Of a DNA stretch of 64,000 nucleotides, positions 20,481 to 30,675 are shown piece by piece; position 1 is the first letter of the stretch; the number at the start of each line of letters is the position of its first letter. Source of the stretch: Alphaproteobacteria bacterium (GTDB taxonomy: Bacteria > Pseudomonadota > Alphaproteobacteria > SP197); assembly GCA_965228895.1 (NCBI GenBank), contig OZ245842.1, positions 1,664,001 through 1,728,000 of the forward strand, given 5' to 3'. The position numbers were made by a program, and so were the translations under genes. Below the pieces are notes generated by a model, which was not told where the DNA came from, ran no database searches, and saw only the letters and a list, made by a program, of their open reading frames with translations.

Positions 20481-21572
20481 ATGAAGGTAGACGGGACAAG
20501 CTATCGATCGATCTGGCTTGATGACGACGGCTGGGCAGTTCGCATCATCGATCAGACTCGTCTGCCTCATCGCTTCGAGATCGTCCGTTTGGAGACCTTG
20601 GACGATGCCGCCCACGCAATCCGCGCCATGCTGGTGCGCGGCGCACCGTTGATTGGTGCCACCGCGGCTTATGGCATGTGTCTGGCGCTGCGCAAGGACC
20701 CTTCCGATGACGGTATGCAGCAGGCCTATGATGTGTTGTTGGCGACACGGCCGACGGCCGTCAACTTGCGTTGGGCGCTCGACGACGTCACCGCAACGCT
20801 GCGCAATCAGCCTTATGAGCGGCGCCTGGAACTGGCCTATGCCTGCGCTGCCCGGATCTGCGACGAGGATGTCGGCACCAACGAGGCTATTGGCAACCAT
20901 GGCGTCGATTTGATCCGTGCCACGCACCAGCGCACCGGCCAGACGGTAAACGTCCTTACCCACTGCAATGCCGGTTGGCTGGCGACGGTGGATTGGGGTA
21001 CGGCGCTGTCGCCCATCTACAAGGCGCACGAGGAGGACATCCCGGTTCACGTCTGGGCCGACGAGACGCGCCCACGCAACCAAGGCGCCTCGTTAACGGC
21101 CTGGGAGCTTGGTCATCACGGCGTCGCGCACACGGTCATCCCGGACAACGCCGGCGGCCACCTGATGCAGCGTGGTCTGGTCGACCTTTGCATCACGGGC
21201 ACCGACCGAACCAGTGCCACCGGCGATGTCTGCAACAAAATCGGAACCTACCTGAAAGCCTTGGCGGCACAGGACAACGGCGTGCCGTTTTATGTCGCTT
21301 TGCCGTCGCCCACGATTGATTGGACCATTGACGACGGCCGCGACATTCCCATCGAGGAGCGTGCGGGGAGTGAGGTCTCCCATATCGCCGGCAAGGCGGA
21401 AGACGGCGACGTCATTACCGTGCAACTGACGCCGGACGGCAGTCCCGTCGCCAACCCAGCCTTTGACGTGACACCGTCAGGTCTTGTTACCGGGCTGATC
21501 ACCGAGCGTGGCGTTTGCCAGGCCTCGCGCGAGGGCCTGACCAGGCTCTTCCCGGAGCACGCAACCGCCTGA
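20481..21572 (+). CDS. mtnA: S-methyl-5-thioribose-1-phosphate isomerase
   Basis: [48 protein letters not shown]. Confidence 0.95.
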   Translation: MKVDGTSYRSIWLDDDGWAVRIIDQTRLPHRFEIVRLETLDDAAHAIRAMLVRGAPLIGATAAYGMCLALRKDPSDDGMQQAYDVLLATRPTAVNLRWALDDVTATLRNQPYERRLELAYACAARICDEDVGTNEAIGNHGVDLIRATHQRTGQTVNVLTHCNAGWLATVDWGTALSPIYKAHEEDIPVHVWADETRPRNQGASLTAWELGHHGVAHTVIPDNAGGHLMQRGLVDLCITGTDRTSATGDVCNKIGTYLKALAAQDNGVPFYVALPSPTIDWTIDDGRDIPIEERAGSEVSHIAGKAEDGDVITVQLTPDGSPVANPAFDVTPSGLVTGLITERGVCQASREGLTRLFPEHATA

Positions 21573-21659
21573 TCAGTCAGGCCGGTGCTGGTCAACAGTC
21601 GGTACGTCGCCTAAAAGGGCGGCTCCTCGACTTACGTTGACCGTCAGATCGTCCGCCCC

Positions 21660-22976
21660 ATGACCGATTCTACCCGTCCTCGCATTCTTCATCTCAGCAG
21701 CCTCGACCCGTCGGCGCGACGCGCTTTGACGCAACGGGGCGCAATCGATATTGACGATGTGATGGAGCGCGCCAAACCTATCGTCGAGGCGGTTCGTCAC
21801 GACGGCGACAGCGCGCTGCTGCGCTTGGCGCGTGACATCGATGGTGTCTCGCTCTCTGCCGCTGATCTGCGCGTCGATCCCGCTGCCTTCGACGCCGCCT
21901 ACGATCTGGTGCCGGACGATGTCGTCGACGCGATCGCCAAGGCCGCCCGGAACATCCGCACGATCCACGAAAAGCAAAAGCCTGAGGAGTACGCCCTGAC
22001 GACCGTGCAGCCGGGGGTTCTGGCGGGCGATCGCTACCTGCCGATCGAGGCCGTCGCCTGCTATGTGCCACGTGGCAAGGGCTCGTTCCCGTCGGTCACG
22101 CTGATGACGGCGATCCCCGCGGTTGTCGCCGGCTGTCCCAAGGTCGTTGTGATCACCCCGCCGGGCCCCGACGGAACGTGTGATGCGGGCACTCTGGTCG
22201 CCGCGCGCGAGGCGGGCGTCGAGGAGGTCTATCTTTCCGGCGGTGCTCAAGCGATCGCAGCCGTTGCGTTCGGCACCGAGACCGTACCGAAATGCCAGAA
22301 AGTCGTTGGACCGGGTTCGCCTTGGGTTGTCGCCGGCATGCGGCTTTGCGCCGACGAGATCGCGCCGGGACCGCCGGCCGGGCCGTCGGAAAGCATGATC
22401 CTGGCCGATGAGGCGGCCGATCCGGAGCGGGTCGCCCTCGATCTCATGATCGAGGCTGAACACGGCCCGGACTCGACGACCTATCTGGTGACCCCGTCAG
22501 CCGCCCTCGCCGAAGCGGTCGCGGACGGGGTCATGGATCTTGTCGACCGTCTCTCCGATCAGCGCCGTGACTACGTCAACACGGTGCTGGGCACCAACGG
22601 CGGCCTGCTGGTTGCCAGCGACATGGCCGATGCCATTGCGTTCACCAACGAGTTCGCGCCGGAGCACCTGCAGATTGCCGCGACGACCCCGTGGGACCTG
22701 GCAGGCCAGATCACCAATGCCGGCGAAATCCTGCTCGGGCAGGACGCGCCGTTCTCCATGGCGAACTTCATGATCGGCGTGAACGCTGTTCTCCCGACCG
22801 GCGGAAAGGCAAGCTCTGCCTCGGCTTTGGGGGTCATGGACTATATGAAGCGCATCTCGGTCGCCCATCTGACCCGCGAGGGTTATGACGCGCTGGCCGA
22901 CGAGACCGAAGCCTTCGCGCTCTACGAAGGTTTCGACGCGCATGCCCTGGCGATCAGCGCACGAAACAGGAACTAA
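21660..22976 (+). CDS. Histidinol dehydrogenase-family homolog with a non-canonical active site
   Basis: GGAQAIAA..G, GPG, AGPSE, EAEH, APEHL, N.VLPTGG; deviant YVPRGKGSFPS and ANFMIGVNA motifs. Confidence 0.85.
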   Translation: MTDSTRPRILHLSSLDPSARRALTQRGAIDIDDVMERAKPIVEAVRHDGDSALLRLARDIDGVSLSAADLRVDPAAFDAAYDLVPDDVVDAIAKAARNIRTIHEKQKPEEYALTTVQPGVLAGDRYLPIEAVACYVPRGKGSFPSVTLMTAIPAVVAGCPKVVVITPPGPDGTCDAGTLVAAREAGVEEVYLSGGAQAIAAVAFGTETVPKCQKVVGPGSPWVVAGMRLCADEIAPGPPAGPSESMILADEAADPERVALDLMIEAEHGPDSTTYLVTPSAALAEAVADGVMDLVDRLSDQRRDYVNTVLGTNGGLLVASDMADAIAFTNEFAPEHLQIAATTPWDLAGQITNAGEILLGQDAPFSMANFMIGVNAVLPTGGKASSASALGVMDYMKRISVAHLTREGYDALADETEAFALYEGFDAHALAISARNRN

Positions 22977-22978
22977 TC

Positions 22979-23977
22979 ATGGCGGCACCTTCCGTGCACG
23001 ACGATCTCATCGTCATCGACGCGCTCCAGGCGAGCAACTGGGATAGGGAACTGCTTGAAGAGCTGCGGGCAGGCGGCGTTACGGCGGTTCATGTGACATT
23101 GGTGTTCTGGGAAGACGCGCGCGCGACACTCGACAACATCGGCCATTGGCATCGCCTGTTCGAGAAACACGGCGACATCGTCATGCCGGTGCGCCGTGCC
23201 GGGGACATCGAGGCCGCCAAGCAGGCCGGCAAGACAGGCATCATTTTCGGTTTCCAGAACTGTTCGCCGATCGAGGACGACCTGGCCTTGGTCCAGGTGT
23301 TCCATGAGCTCGGCGTGCGCATCATGCAGTTGACCTACAACAACCAGAGCCTGATTGGTGCTGGCTGCTACGAGGTCAACGACCCCGGCATCTCTCGTTT
23401 TGGCCGTCAGGTGATCGCCGAGATGAACCGGGTCGGCATGATTATCGACCTCAGTCACTCGGCAGAGCGGACCTCTCTGGAGGCGATCGAGATCAGCGAG
23501 CGCCCGGTCGCTATCACCCACGCCAATCCGCTGTCGTTTCACGAGGGCTTGCGCAACAAATCCGATGACCTGCTGAAGGCGCTTGCCGAAAGCGGCGGCA
23601 TGCTGGGCTTCAGCACCTATCCCTTTCACATCGGCGGCGCCGACACGACGCTGGACGCCTATTGCGGCATGATCGCCGATACTGTTGCCATGCTGGGTGT
23701 CGACCATGTCGGTTTCGGGACCGATATGTGCCGCAAACTCTCGGCCGGCTATCTCGATTGGATGCGCAGCGGCCGTTGGTCCAAAGAGACGGATTCAGGA
23801 GAAGCCAAGACCGCGGGCGGCGGCTGGCCCGACTGGCCGGATTGGTTCCAGACGCCTGCCGACTTCCCGAACTTGACTCAGGGTCTCATCGACAAGGGGC
23901 TCGGCGAGACCGACGTCGCCAAGGTTATGGGCGGCAACTGGCTCAGGTTTTTCCGCGAGGGGTTTGAGCCGGCCTAG
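22979..23977 (+). CDS. Membrane dipeptidase (peptidase M19 / renal dipeptidase family)
   Basis: GFQN, MQLTYN, EMNRVG..IDLSH, ITHANP, RNKSD, HVGFGTD, KVMGGNW. Confidence 0.9.
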   Translation: MAAPSVHDDLIVIDALQASNWDRELLEELRAGGVTAVHVTLVFWEDARATLDNIGHWHRLFEKHGDIVMPVRRAGDIEAAKQAGKTGIIFGFQNCSPIEDDLALVQVFHELGVRIMQLTYNNQSLIGAGCYEVNDPGISRFGRQVIAEMNRVGMIIDLSHSAERTSLEAIEISERPVAITHANPLSFHEGLRNKSDDLLKALAESGGMLGFSTYPFHIGGADTTLDAYCGMIADTVAMLGVDHVGFGTDMCRKLSAGYLDWMRSGRWSKETDSGEAKTAGGGWPDWPDWFQTPADFPNLTQGLIDKGLGETDVAKVMGGNWLRFFREGFEPA

Positions 23978-23990
23978 TCTTCAGACAGTG

Positions 23991-25169
23991 TCAACCGGCG
24001 AAAGCGACCTGTTCGCGGTCGTAGAACTTCGCGGCAAGCCAGCATAGGAAAACAGCGCATAACGCCGTCGTGAAACTCGCCAACAACATATAGGCGATGC
24101 TCGGCACTTCGCCGCGCACAATCTGGCTGATCAGAACCGTCTGACCATAGGTCGGGATCATCATCATCCAGGCTTTGGTCTGGATCGGCGAAAACACGAG
24201 GATCATGCCCGGCAAGGACGGCAAGAGCGGCAGCAGGCCGAGCAAGGTCTGGGTCTCCTTAAAACTGCGCGACACCGTGGCGATGATCACCTGGACGGCC
24301 ACCGCCAGCATCATGATGGGCACACACAGCAAGAAGATGAGGACGAAATCGCCCAGCGGCGGATTGACTTTGATGTCCACGCCCGTGGTGGCAATCACCG
24401 CGAAGATGACCTTGTAGGCTATGACCCCCGTCAGCACGGCCAGTGCCGTAAAGGCCAACGAGGCCAGATACTTGCCAACCATGAACTGCCACCGGGGAAC
24501 CGGATTGGTCAGCAGCGGTTCGAGAGAGCCGCGTTCGCGTTCGCCTGCCGTCGTGTCGATCGCCATATAGACGCCACCGATAAACACGGTGAACATCAAA
24601 AACGGCGCCATCATGTTGAGAAAGATACCGGCGATCGAGACGCTGGCCGCGACGTTGACGCTGTTGACCGCTAGCGGATAGGCGACCTCCGGCTCGACGT
24701 TGCGCGAAACCAGCCGCTGTTCGGCCAGATGGCGGTTGAATCGATTGATCAGTTCCATGGTTCGGCTGATCGACATGATCGAACTGAGCCTGGATGTGTC
24801 GACGATCAGCTCAATCTCGGTGGTTCGTTCGCTGTTCTGAAGTTCGGAAAAGTCCTCGGGGATCACGAGGATCGCGGGGTGCATGCCCTTGCGCACCGCT
24901 TCGGCGATGTTGTCGATCCCGGTTTCGACGATGTCGGACCCTTGGGCGCGGATGAAGTCGACAAAATCCGGCGCATGATCGCTGCCTTTGGCCACGATGA
25001 CATGCTCGCTGACCTTCGGCGATGACAGTCCCGGCGTCACCAGGATGATGAGCGCACCCAAGAGAACGGGGCCGATCAGAGGATAAAGCAGCGACAGAAT
25101 GGTGGAGCGACGATCGCGAAGATTGTCGGTCAACTCCTTGCCGACGACGATGGCGATGCGCCTAAGCAA
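23991..25169 (-). CDS. ABC-2 permease, NatB-like (Na+ efflux)
   Basis: KELTDNLRDRR, AIDTTAGERERGSLEPLL, RSFKETQ. Confidence 0.88.
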   Translation of the reverse strand: MLRRIAIVVGKELTDNLRDRRSTILSLLYPLIGPVLLGALIILVTPGLSSPKVSEHVIVAKGSDHAPDFVDFIRAQGSDIVETGIDNIAEAVRKGMHPAILVIPEDFSELQNSERTTEIELIVDTSRLSSIMSISRTMELINRFNRHLAEQRLVSRNVEPEVAYPLAVNSVNVAASVSIAGIFLNMMAPFLMFTVFIGGVYMAIDTTAGERERGSLEPLLTNPVPRWQFMVGKYLASLAFTALAVLTGVIAYKVIFAVIATTGVDIKVNPPLGDFVLIFLLCVPIMMLAVAVQVIIATVSRSFKETQTLLGLLPLLPSLPGMILVFSPIQTKAWMMMIPTYGQTVLISQIVRGEVPSIAYMLLASFTTALCAVFLCWLAAKFYDREQVAFAG

Positions 25170-25920
25170 CGGCTTTCTCGCTTTCTTCGCGTCGCATGCG
25201 CTCTTCCTCGCGGGCTATCGACACAAAAACTTCTTCCAAATCGCTGTGGCCGGTCATCGCGCGCAGTTCTTCCGGCGTACCGTGGGCAACCACGCGTCCG
25301 TGGCCCATCACGACAATTCGGTCGCACAGCGCCTGGACCTCCGACATGATGTGGCTGGAGAAGACGACGCATCGCCCCTGGTCTCTGATGCGCCTCACCA
25401 GATCGCGCACCGCACGGCTGGACGCCACGTCCAAACCGTTGGTCGGCTCGTCCAACAGGACATTGTGGGGTTGGTGAACCAGTGCGCGCGCCAGTGCGAC
25501 CTTCAGTGTTTGGCCTTTGGAGAAACCTTTCGCGCGGCGGTCGGCAACATCCTCCATGCCCAAGGTTGTCACCAGTTCGTTGATTGCCGCCTCTAGCTGC
25601 ATTTTTTCGATGCCGTGCAGGCGGCCGTAATATCTGACGTGTTCTCGGCCTGTTAGACGTGGATAAAGGCCGCGGTTATCCGGCAGGACGCCTATTCGGC
25701 GCTGCGCCTCTTGGGGCTCGGATGTCGCGTCGAAGCCGTCGACCAGGGCATGGCCGCTATCCGGTCGCATGAGAGTATAGAGAATGCGCAGCGTTGTGGT
25801 TTTTCCGGCACCGTTCGGGCCGATCAAACCGGTAATCTCGCCATCGCGGGCTTGGAAGCTGACATCCTCGACGGCAACCAGGTCCTTAAAGGTCTTGCGC
25901 AAATTCCGGACTTCAATCAT
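25162..25920 (-). CDS. ABC ATP-binding protein, NatA-like
   Basis: GPNGAGKTT Walker A, FSKG signature variant, LLDEPTNGLD, SSH. Confidence 0.92.
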   Translation of the reverse strand: MIEVRNLRKTFKDLVAVEDVSFQARDGEITGLIGPNGAGKTTTLRILYTLMRPDSGHALVDGFDATSEPQEAQRRIGVLPDNRGLYPRLTGREHVRYYGRLHGIEKMQLEAAINELVTTLGMEDVADRRAKGFSKGQTLKVALARALVHQPHNVLLDEPTNGLDVASSRAVRDLVRRIRDQGRCVVFSSHIMSEVQALCDRIVVMGHGRVVAHGTPEELRAMTGHSDLEEVFVSIAREEERMRREESEKAVA

Positions 25921-26244
25921 CGGGTCGCGCTCTAAGAGATGCTTGGAGAAGTGACAAGTCGCGTTGCTCGGCTTTGTGGTTAACGGTGGTCTTGTTGCTA
26001 CACGTCATCTAAAAGCTGCAGATGCCTTTATTATCCCCTTGCTTTTGCAGGGGTTTGCGCCAAGATAGGTTCTGATCGTTCGATAGTCGCTTATACGCCT
26101 TTTTGTAAATCCCTCATTGTGTGACAGCGGACACGGATTGATGGGACCAGGTCGGGGTACGAGGCGTTGATCGATTGTGTTGCCTTTTGGGGCTATTGCA
26201 GCTTAGAAACCAAGTTATCTCTTCATCGGGAGGGGGATTTTTAG

Positions 26245-27135
26245 ATGAGTGCAATGTTTAAAGCCATGCTGGCCGGCGCCGCCGCGCTTATGCTGGCAGC
26301 CTGCGGATCGAATATCGACCGTGTGGCAAACATGGAGACATCCGGTACGCCGTTCACCATGGCTCTGCATGAGGGATATGTGGGTCTGGCTGAAAAGGAA
26401 GCCGGTTTTTACGATTGGATCGACTCAGCGCACTTTGCTGACAAGGCCGAGATGGCCGGCAATGGGGAAGTGGTGTTGCCGGAAGACCCCAATGACAGCT
26501 TCTGGTACATTCCAGACGAGATGGAACATGCCGAGCTGAACGCCGAACGTCCGCGGCTTCTCGCTGCGTTGGACGGCGGCGGCCGCTCCGAATTTCCTGA
26601 CCTCGCTGCCCGCGCCCAAGTCGCCTATGACTGCTGGGTCGAGGAAGCCGAGGAAGGTCCGGTTCGCACCGACCGTGGCGTTGCCGAATGGCAGCCTCGC
26701 GAGTTGGCCAAATGCCGCGCTGAGTATCTGAGTGCCATCGAAGAACTCGAAGCCGCCATGGCTCCGGCGATGGTTGAGGAAGTCGTCGTCATGGAAGAAG
26801 AGGTGGTGAGCGAATTCATCGTCTACTTCGCCTGGGATAGCGACAAGATCTCGCCGTTGGCACAGGGCTTCCTGGATGACGTCGCCGCAGAGGCGATGGC
26901 CCAGGGCGTCAAGCTGATCTCGGTCGGTGGTCACACGGATACGTCCGGTTCTGCCGAGTACAACGTTGGCCTCTCCGAGCGTCGTGCAGACGTCGTGGCT
27001 GACTACCTCGCCAGCAAGGGCGTGCCGAAGTCGGCCATGGACATCCGTTGGTTCGGTGAAACCGATCTGATGGTGCCGACCGGCGACAACGTTCGCGAGC
27101 CCAACAACCGTCGTGTCGAGATCACCTTCGAGTAA
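26245..27135 (+). CDS. OmpA-family lipoprotein
   Basis: LAAC lipobox; AQVAYDCWVEE helical domain; VYFAWD, GHTDTSG, YNVGLSERRA, NRRVEI. Confidence 0.92.
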   Translation: MSAMFKAMLAGAAALMLAACGSNIDRVANMETSGTPFTMALHEGYVGLAEKEAGFYDWIDSAHFADKAEMAGNGEVVLPEDPNDSFWYIPDEMEHAELNAERPRLLAALDGGGRSEFPDLAARAQVAYDCWVEEAEEGPVRTDRGVAEWQPRELAKCRAEYLSAIEELEAAMAPAMVEEVVVMEEEVVSEFIVYFAWDSDKISPLAQGFLDDVAAEAMAQGVKLISVGGHTDTSGSAEYNVGLSERRADVVADYLASKGVPKSAMDIRWFGETDLMVPTGDNVREPNNRRVEITFE

Positions 27136-27166
27136 GCTGATCTGACGCCGGTTCGCGGCTAAGGTT

Positions 27167-27208
27167 GCCGGGCCGTGCTCCGAAAGGGGCACGGCCCGGC
27201 TGCTTTTT
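27167..27208 (+). terminator. Intrinsic terminator
   Basis: GCCGGGCCGTGCTCC-gaaa-GGGGCACGGCCCGGC followed by TGCTTTTT. Confidence 0.85.
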
Positions 27209-27216
27209 GAGGGTTC

Positions 27217-28509
27217 GTGTCCATGGATGCTGTTTTTGATCTGGCTGCCGTTGTGGTCGTTCTGGCCGCTATCCTTGGCTATCTGAACCACCACCTATTG
27301 AAGTTGCCACACACGATCGGTCTGGTCGTCATCGCCATGGCGATCTCGCTTGTGCTGCTGGCCGTCGACAGCCTTTGGCCGATTTTGGGCATTGGCGATA
27401 CCGTTCGTGGTTTCGTTGCCAGCATCGAGTTTTCCGAGACCTTGATGCAGGGGTTGCTGTCCTTCCTGCTGTTCGCAGGCGCCTTGCACGTCGATCTTTC
27501 GTCTCTGGTCAAACGCAGCAGAGCAATCTTCGCGATCGCCATCCTGGGGACCTTGCTGTCGACGTTCCTGATCGGCGGCGCGACCTGGCTGGTTGTTCAG
27601 TGGCTGGAGCTTGGCGTCGGCCTGATCTTCTGTCTGGTCTTCGGCGCCTTGATCGCACCGACCGATCCGGTCGCTGTGCTCGGCATTTTGAAGCGTGTCC
27701 ACGTCCCGCCGACGTTGGAAGCGAAGATCGCGGGCGAAAGCCTGTTCAACGACGGCGTAGCGATCGTCGTGTTCTCGGTCCTGGCCGGCCTTGCCACCGG
27801 CGCGTCCGGTCATGGCGAGTTGGATGCCGGCACGATTGTGTCGTTTTTCTTGGTCGAAGCGGTTGGCGGCGCGGCATTGGGCCTGATTACCGGATTTATC
27901 GCGTTCAGACTTCTGAAGTCTGTCAACGAACACAATCTGGAGGTCTTGATCACGCTTGCCCTGGTCATGGGCACGTTCGCGCTGTCGGATCTCATTCACG
28001 TATCGGGGCCGATCGCGATGGTGTGCGCCGGGCTGCTGATCGGCAACATCGGTACGCGCTTCGCCATGAGCGAGACGACCCGGGAACACACGACCAGCTT
28101 CTGGTCGCTGATCGACGAGATCCTGAACTCCGTCCTCTTTCTCATCATTGGCTTCGAGGTGGTCGCGATCAGTGGTGCGCTCGGTTTCGTCGAATTGGGT
28201 CTGATCGCCATTCCGGTCGTGCTCGTCGCACGCTTCATTTCGGTCAGTCTGCCTATCTGGAGCCTTAAGTGGCTCGGTGGGACCTTCACGCCTGGCGCCA
28301 TCCGGATCATGACCTGGGGCGGGCTGCGCGGCGGCATTTCGGTCGCCCTGGTTCTATCGCTGCCACCTTCGCCCGAGCGAGAGGTCCTGCTGACGGCCTG
28401 CTACATCGTCGTCGTCTTTTCGATTGTCGTGCAGGGGCTCTCCATGGAGTGGGTGGTCCGTCGACTGCTCAAGACCGACGGCGCGAACGGCGAACATAGC
28501 GATGGGTGA
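27217..28509 (+). CDS. Na+/H+ antiporter, CPA1 (NhaP) family
   Basis: LLFAGALHV, FGALIAPTDPVAV, GESLFNDG, WGGLRGGIS. Confidence 0.93.
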   Translation: MSMDAVFDLAAVVVVLAAILGYLNHHLLKLPHTIGLVVIAMAISLVLLAVDSLWPILGIGDTVRGFVASIEFSETLMQGLLSFLLFAGALHVDLSSLVKRSRAIFAIAILGTLLSTFLIGGATWLVVQWLELGVGLIFCLVFGALIAPTDPVAVLGILKRVHVPPTLEAKIAGESLFNDGVAIVVFSVLAGLATGASGHGELDAGTIVSFFLVEAVGGAALGLITGFIAFRLLKSVNEHNLEVLITLALVMGTFALSDLIHVSGPIAMVCAGLLIGNIGTRFAMSETTREHTTSFWSLIDEILNSVLFLIIGFEVVAISGALGFVELGLIAIPVVLVARFISVSLPIWSLKWLGGTFTPGAIRIMTWGGLRGGISVALVLSLPPSPEREVLLTACYIVVVFSIVVQGLSMEWVVRRLLKTDGANGEHSDG

Positions 28510-28542
28510 CGCGACCCGGGCGCAGACGCTAACCTAACGGCC

Positions 28543-29157
28543 ATGGTTGCACGCCTTCCGGTCAAATCGTCTCTGGCGCGAACGTTGCGTCGCGGCGCCA
28601 TGGCGATCGTATGCCTGTTTGTCATGACGGCGGCTTGGCCGATTGCGGCCCAGACCATTGATCCGCTTGACGGCCGAATGCAGTGGCAAGTCGGCGCGGC
28701 CGATGGTGTTGCCAACCAGTACGTGCGCCAGTCGAGCCGATCGTCGATATGTGAGTTCGCAGTGTGGGACAAAGGCGGCTTCTTCGCCGAAGCGATCTTC
28801 TGCGAAACGCTGAGCGGCTGGTACTGGAAACAGTCCTACATGACTCTTGACTTGGCGATGGACGAGTTTGGTCACCTCGAGGACTTCATGACCCGAGGTC
28901 CCGACTGGTTCCGCGACATCAACGCGAACATCGGGCAGGTCGAACTCTACGGTTTCACGATCGACGACCCCAGCGATGCCGACCTTTGGCAGTGTCTTGT
29001 CTTCATCAAGGGTTTCAATCGCCAGGACAGGGGCTATCAGCAAATGCTGATGGCCTACTTATGCGATGACACCGGCGAGGGTATGTCTGAGAACAAGTTG
29101 AATGACGTCCTGACCGGTTTGTCGATTGACGGCGTGTTCGCGCACTTCGCCGACTGA
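28543..29157 (+). CDS. Hypothetical secreted protein (real start may be ATG 28600)
   Basis: Signal-peptide-like MAIVCLFVMTAAWPIAA; genome-like codon usage; four Cys in the mature part; no recognised motif. Confidence 0.6.
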   Translation: MVARLPVKSSLARTLRRGAMAIVCLFVMTAAWPIAAQTIDPLDGRMQWQVGAADGVANQYVRQSSRSSICEFAVWDKGGFFAEAIFCETLSGWYWKQSYMTLDLAMDEFGHLEDFMTRGPDWFRDINANIGQVELYGFTIDDPSDADLWQCLVFIKGFNRQDRGYQQMLMAYLCDDTGEGMSENKLNDVLTGLSIDGVFAHFAD

Positions 29158-29196
29158 TATGGGCCGACTGATATGGCGAGACGCCCGGCGCGGCTC

Positions 29197-30562
29197 CTAT
29201 CGGCCCAAGTACCAGCTGTATTCCAGGGCTGACGGAATCGCCAGGAACCGCTCCATCTCGCCGCGTTTGGTGGCCAGATAGAGATCAATATAGTCGCGTC
29301 CCAGGTAGTCGGCGAGGTGTTTGCCGTGTTCCATGACATCTAGCGCATCACGCCAGTTTCCCGGCATGTCGCCGCTTTCCGGCGGTGCGTCGCCGACCTG
29401 TGGCGGGCCAGGATCGATGCGATTGGCGATACCGTACTCCAGGCCGGCCAAGATGGCGGCAAGCGTCAGATAGGGGTTGGCGTCGGCGCCTGCTATGCGG
29501 TGCTCAAGGCGTTTTGCTTTGCCGTCACCGACAGGCAGCCGCACCGACACCGTGCGATTGTTATCGCCCCAACTGAACGCGCCGGAGCTGTAGGCGCCCG
29601 CAAACACACGCCGGTAGGAGTTGATGTTCGGCAGGAAGATGGCCGCGGATTCCGGTGCCAGCGCCTTCATGCCGCCAATCGCGTGGCGCAGTGTTTCGCT
29701 GCCAAGCTGGCTGCCATCGTCGAACAGGTTATTGCCGTCCGTATCGGGCAGGCTGACGTGGTAATGCAGACCGCTGCCTTCCTCATCGGCGAACGGTTTG
29801 GCCATAAACGTCGCGCGCATGCCGTGTTTGGGCGCCAGGGCAGTGACGACACGCTGCAGCAGAACAGCATGATCGGCAGCCAGGACCGGGTCGTCGACAT
29901 GGCTAAGGTTGATCTCCATCTGGCCCGGTGCGTACTCCGAGCTCGCCACATTGGCCGGGATCTTCTGAGCCGCACAGGCGCGCGTCACCTCTTCGATAAA
30001 GGGGGCCGTAATCGTCCAGATCGGCCATGGAGTAGACTTGGCGTGACGAGGCGCGCTCGCCTGTGCCTGGCAGCATAGGTTGTTGTGGTGCGCCATCGGC
30101 GGACCGCTTCGGGTCGATCAGATAGAACTCAAGCTCGGCCGCGATCCGCGGTCGCCATCCCTGTTCACGAATGCGTTCGGCGACCTTGGCCAGAAGCTGC
30201 CGGGGGCTGGCATCATAGGGCCGCCCATCAAGGTGAAAGACGTCGATCAGGACCTGTGCCGTCGGACGCATTGCCCAGGGAACCGGAACCAGACTGCCGG
30301 GAACCGGCCGCCCCAGATCGTCGGGGTCACCGTCGGAAAGGCCGCGCCCGCCGGGATCGCAGGTGTCTCCGGTCACATCGAGCAGGAACATGGCGCCGGC
30401 AACCGGCAAACCCTGATCATAGATCTTCGATGCATCGTCACGGTTGATGCGCTTGCCGCGCCACAGATTGCAGAGATCGGTGTAGATCGCGTCGATGACG
30501 TCGATATCAGGGTGTTGTTCCAAAAACCGCTCGAGTTCACTGCGGTCGCCTGTGGCCGCCAT
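29197..30562 (-). pseudogene. Glutamine synthetase-family (gamma-glutamyl-amine ligase, PuuA-like) gene with a +1 frameshift
   Basis: 5' ORF has RGKR, GDPD, AAELEFYL; 3' ORF has SEYAPGQMEINL, ATFMAKP, GSGLHYH, WGDNNR, EHRIAGADANPYL; the frames join at the G5 run 30001-30005. Confidence 0.8.
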
Positions 30563-30675
30563 AAAGCCCCCGTTTTCGTGATCGCCGGCAGTGGATCACG
30601 CGACCAGCGCCTCTGGCAAGTTGCACTTGCGGTAGCGAACGGCCATTTTCCGTCGACCAGCAGGGAGGTTCAGCT

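Noticed and set aside
20481-21572. mtnA plus class II aldolase (60109-60873) as a DHAP-shunt pathway
   Set aside because: Genes are about 39 kb apart and the aldolase is adducin-type; no linkage evidence
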